From contig NC_043006.1 of NCBI RefSeq assembly GCF_006345805.1, forward strand, positions 67,580,001 through 67,644,000: a DNA stretch of 64,000 bases, read 5' to 3'. The notes under the pieces are model-generated. The model was not told the DNA's origin, did not search any database, and worked only from the letters and a program-made list of their open reading frames with translations. The stretch comes from Octopus sinensis (Eukaryota). This document shows positions 63,301-64,000 of the stretch, one piece after another. Position numbers and translations under genes: made by a program. How positions within the stretch are numbered: the first letter of the stretch is position 1; every line of letters begins with the position of its first letter.

Positions 63301-64000
63301 ATTGTTTGTCGTTTTTTTGGTTGTTTCCATGAGAGAAGAGTGAACAAGATGGAGAAAGTATGAGGAGTGTTATCAGAATTTAAAAACGGGAAAGGCTGTC
63401 GCTTGTAATATCATAAAGAGGAAAACCAAGAACAAAAAGAGAAAAAAAAAAAAAAGGAGAGAAGAGACAAGCGACAGGGAAAGATAGATTTAAAAAAGAG
63501 AGACGTTAAAAGACAAAAGAAATAGCAGGAAAGGCACTAATTTTTTTTTATATATATTTTGTTGAAGAATTAATGTTGCAACAACGGATTGAAAATACAG
63601 AAAAAGGGAAAAAAAGCCTTGCTTCTCTCTGTCTCTCTGGCATATATGTGTATATTTATATTATATATTGTGTATTATGATCATTGACAAACTATAATGT
63701 CAAATTAACACCATATTTACGACGGAAGCCTTGCACACAACGCTGACATCTGTAAAGAATATATATATAATTTAAAAAACGTTTTGATCATCAACAATGG
63801 AAATTAGAAGACAACTATTATAAAGAAACAAGAAAAAGGAATATATATATATATATATATATATTTTATATGTGTGTGTCTATATCTTCTACCGTCTTGA
63901 GTCAAGTATTTGCATTTCTAGTTATTTTACTTAGCTAGCAAGCTATATGTCTATGTAAGAACCCAGATATTATCTATCAGTGATATATTTATTTATTTAG

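Overview
AT-rich, microsatellite-dense eukaryotic DNA. The repeat families look like those of an octopus (coleoid cephalopod); this is an inference. The only host gene I can support is COASY (bifunctional CoA synthase, PPAT + dephospho-CoA kinase) on the minus strand. It has seven phase-consistent GT-AG coding exons from ATG 30103 down to 955 (1503 nt, 501 codons), and the last exon(s) lie beyond the left edge of the window. Coding exon 6 (82 nt) is present twice inside an apparently identical 1631-bp tandem duplication, and splicing in both copies gives an immediate stop. The introns and the region right of about 36 kb are filled with transposon relics: RTE, L1/Tx1 and R4/Dong LINEs, Helitrons, Merlin, Tc1 and mariner elements, piggyBac-like MITEs and tRNA-derived SINEs. 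Notable non-coding structures are a Penelope-type minimal hammerhead ribozyme motif and a fold-back tRNA-Thr palindrome in COASY coding intron 1, a six-copy piggyBac-MITE array, a Helitron carrying a higher-order repeat array, and several long hairpins. SINE copies show CpG decay inside the gene and intact CpGs right of about 36 kb. Coordinates were read by eye and cross-checked against the ORF track where possible; repeat boundaries may be off by a few bases.
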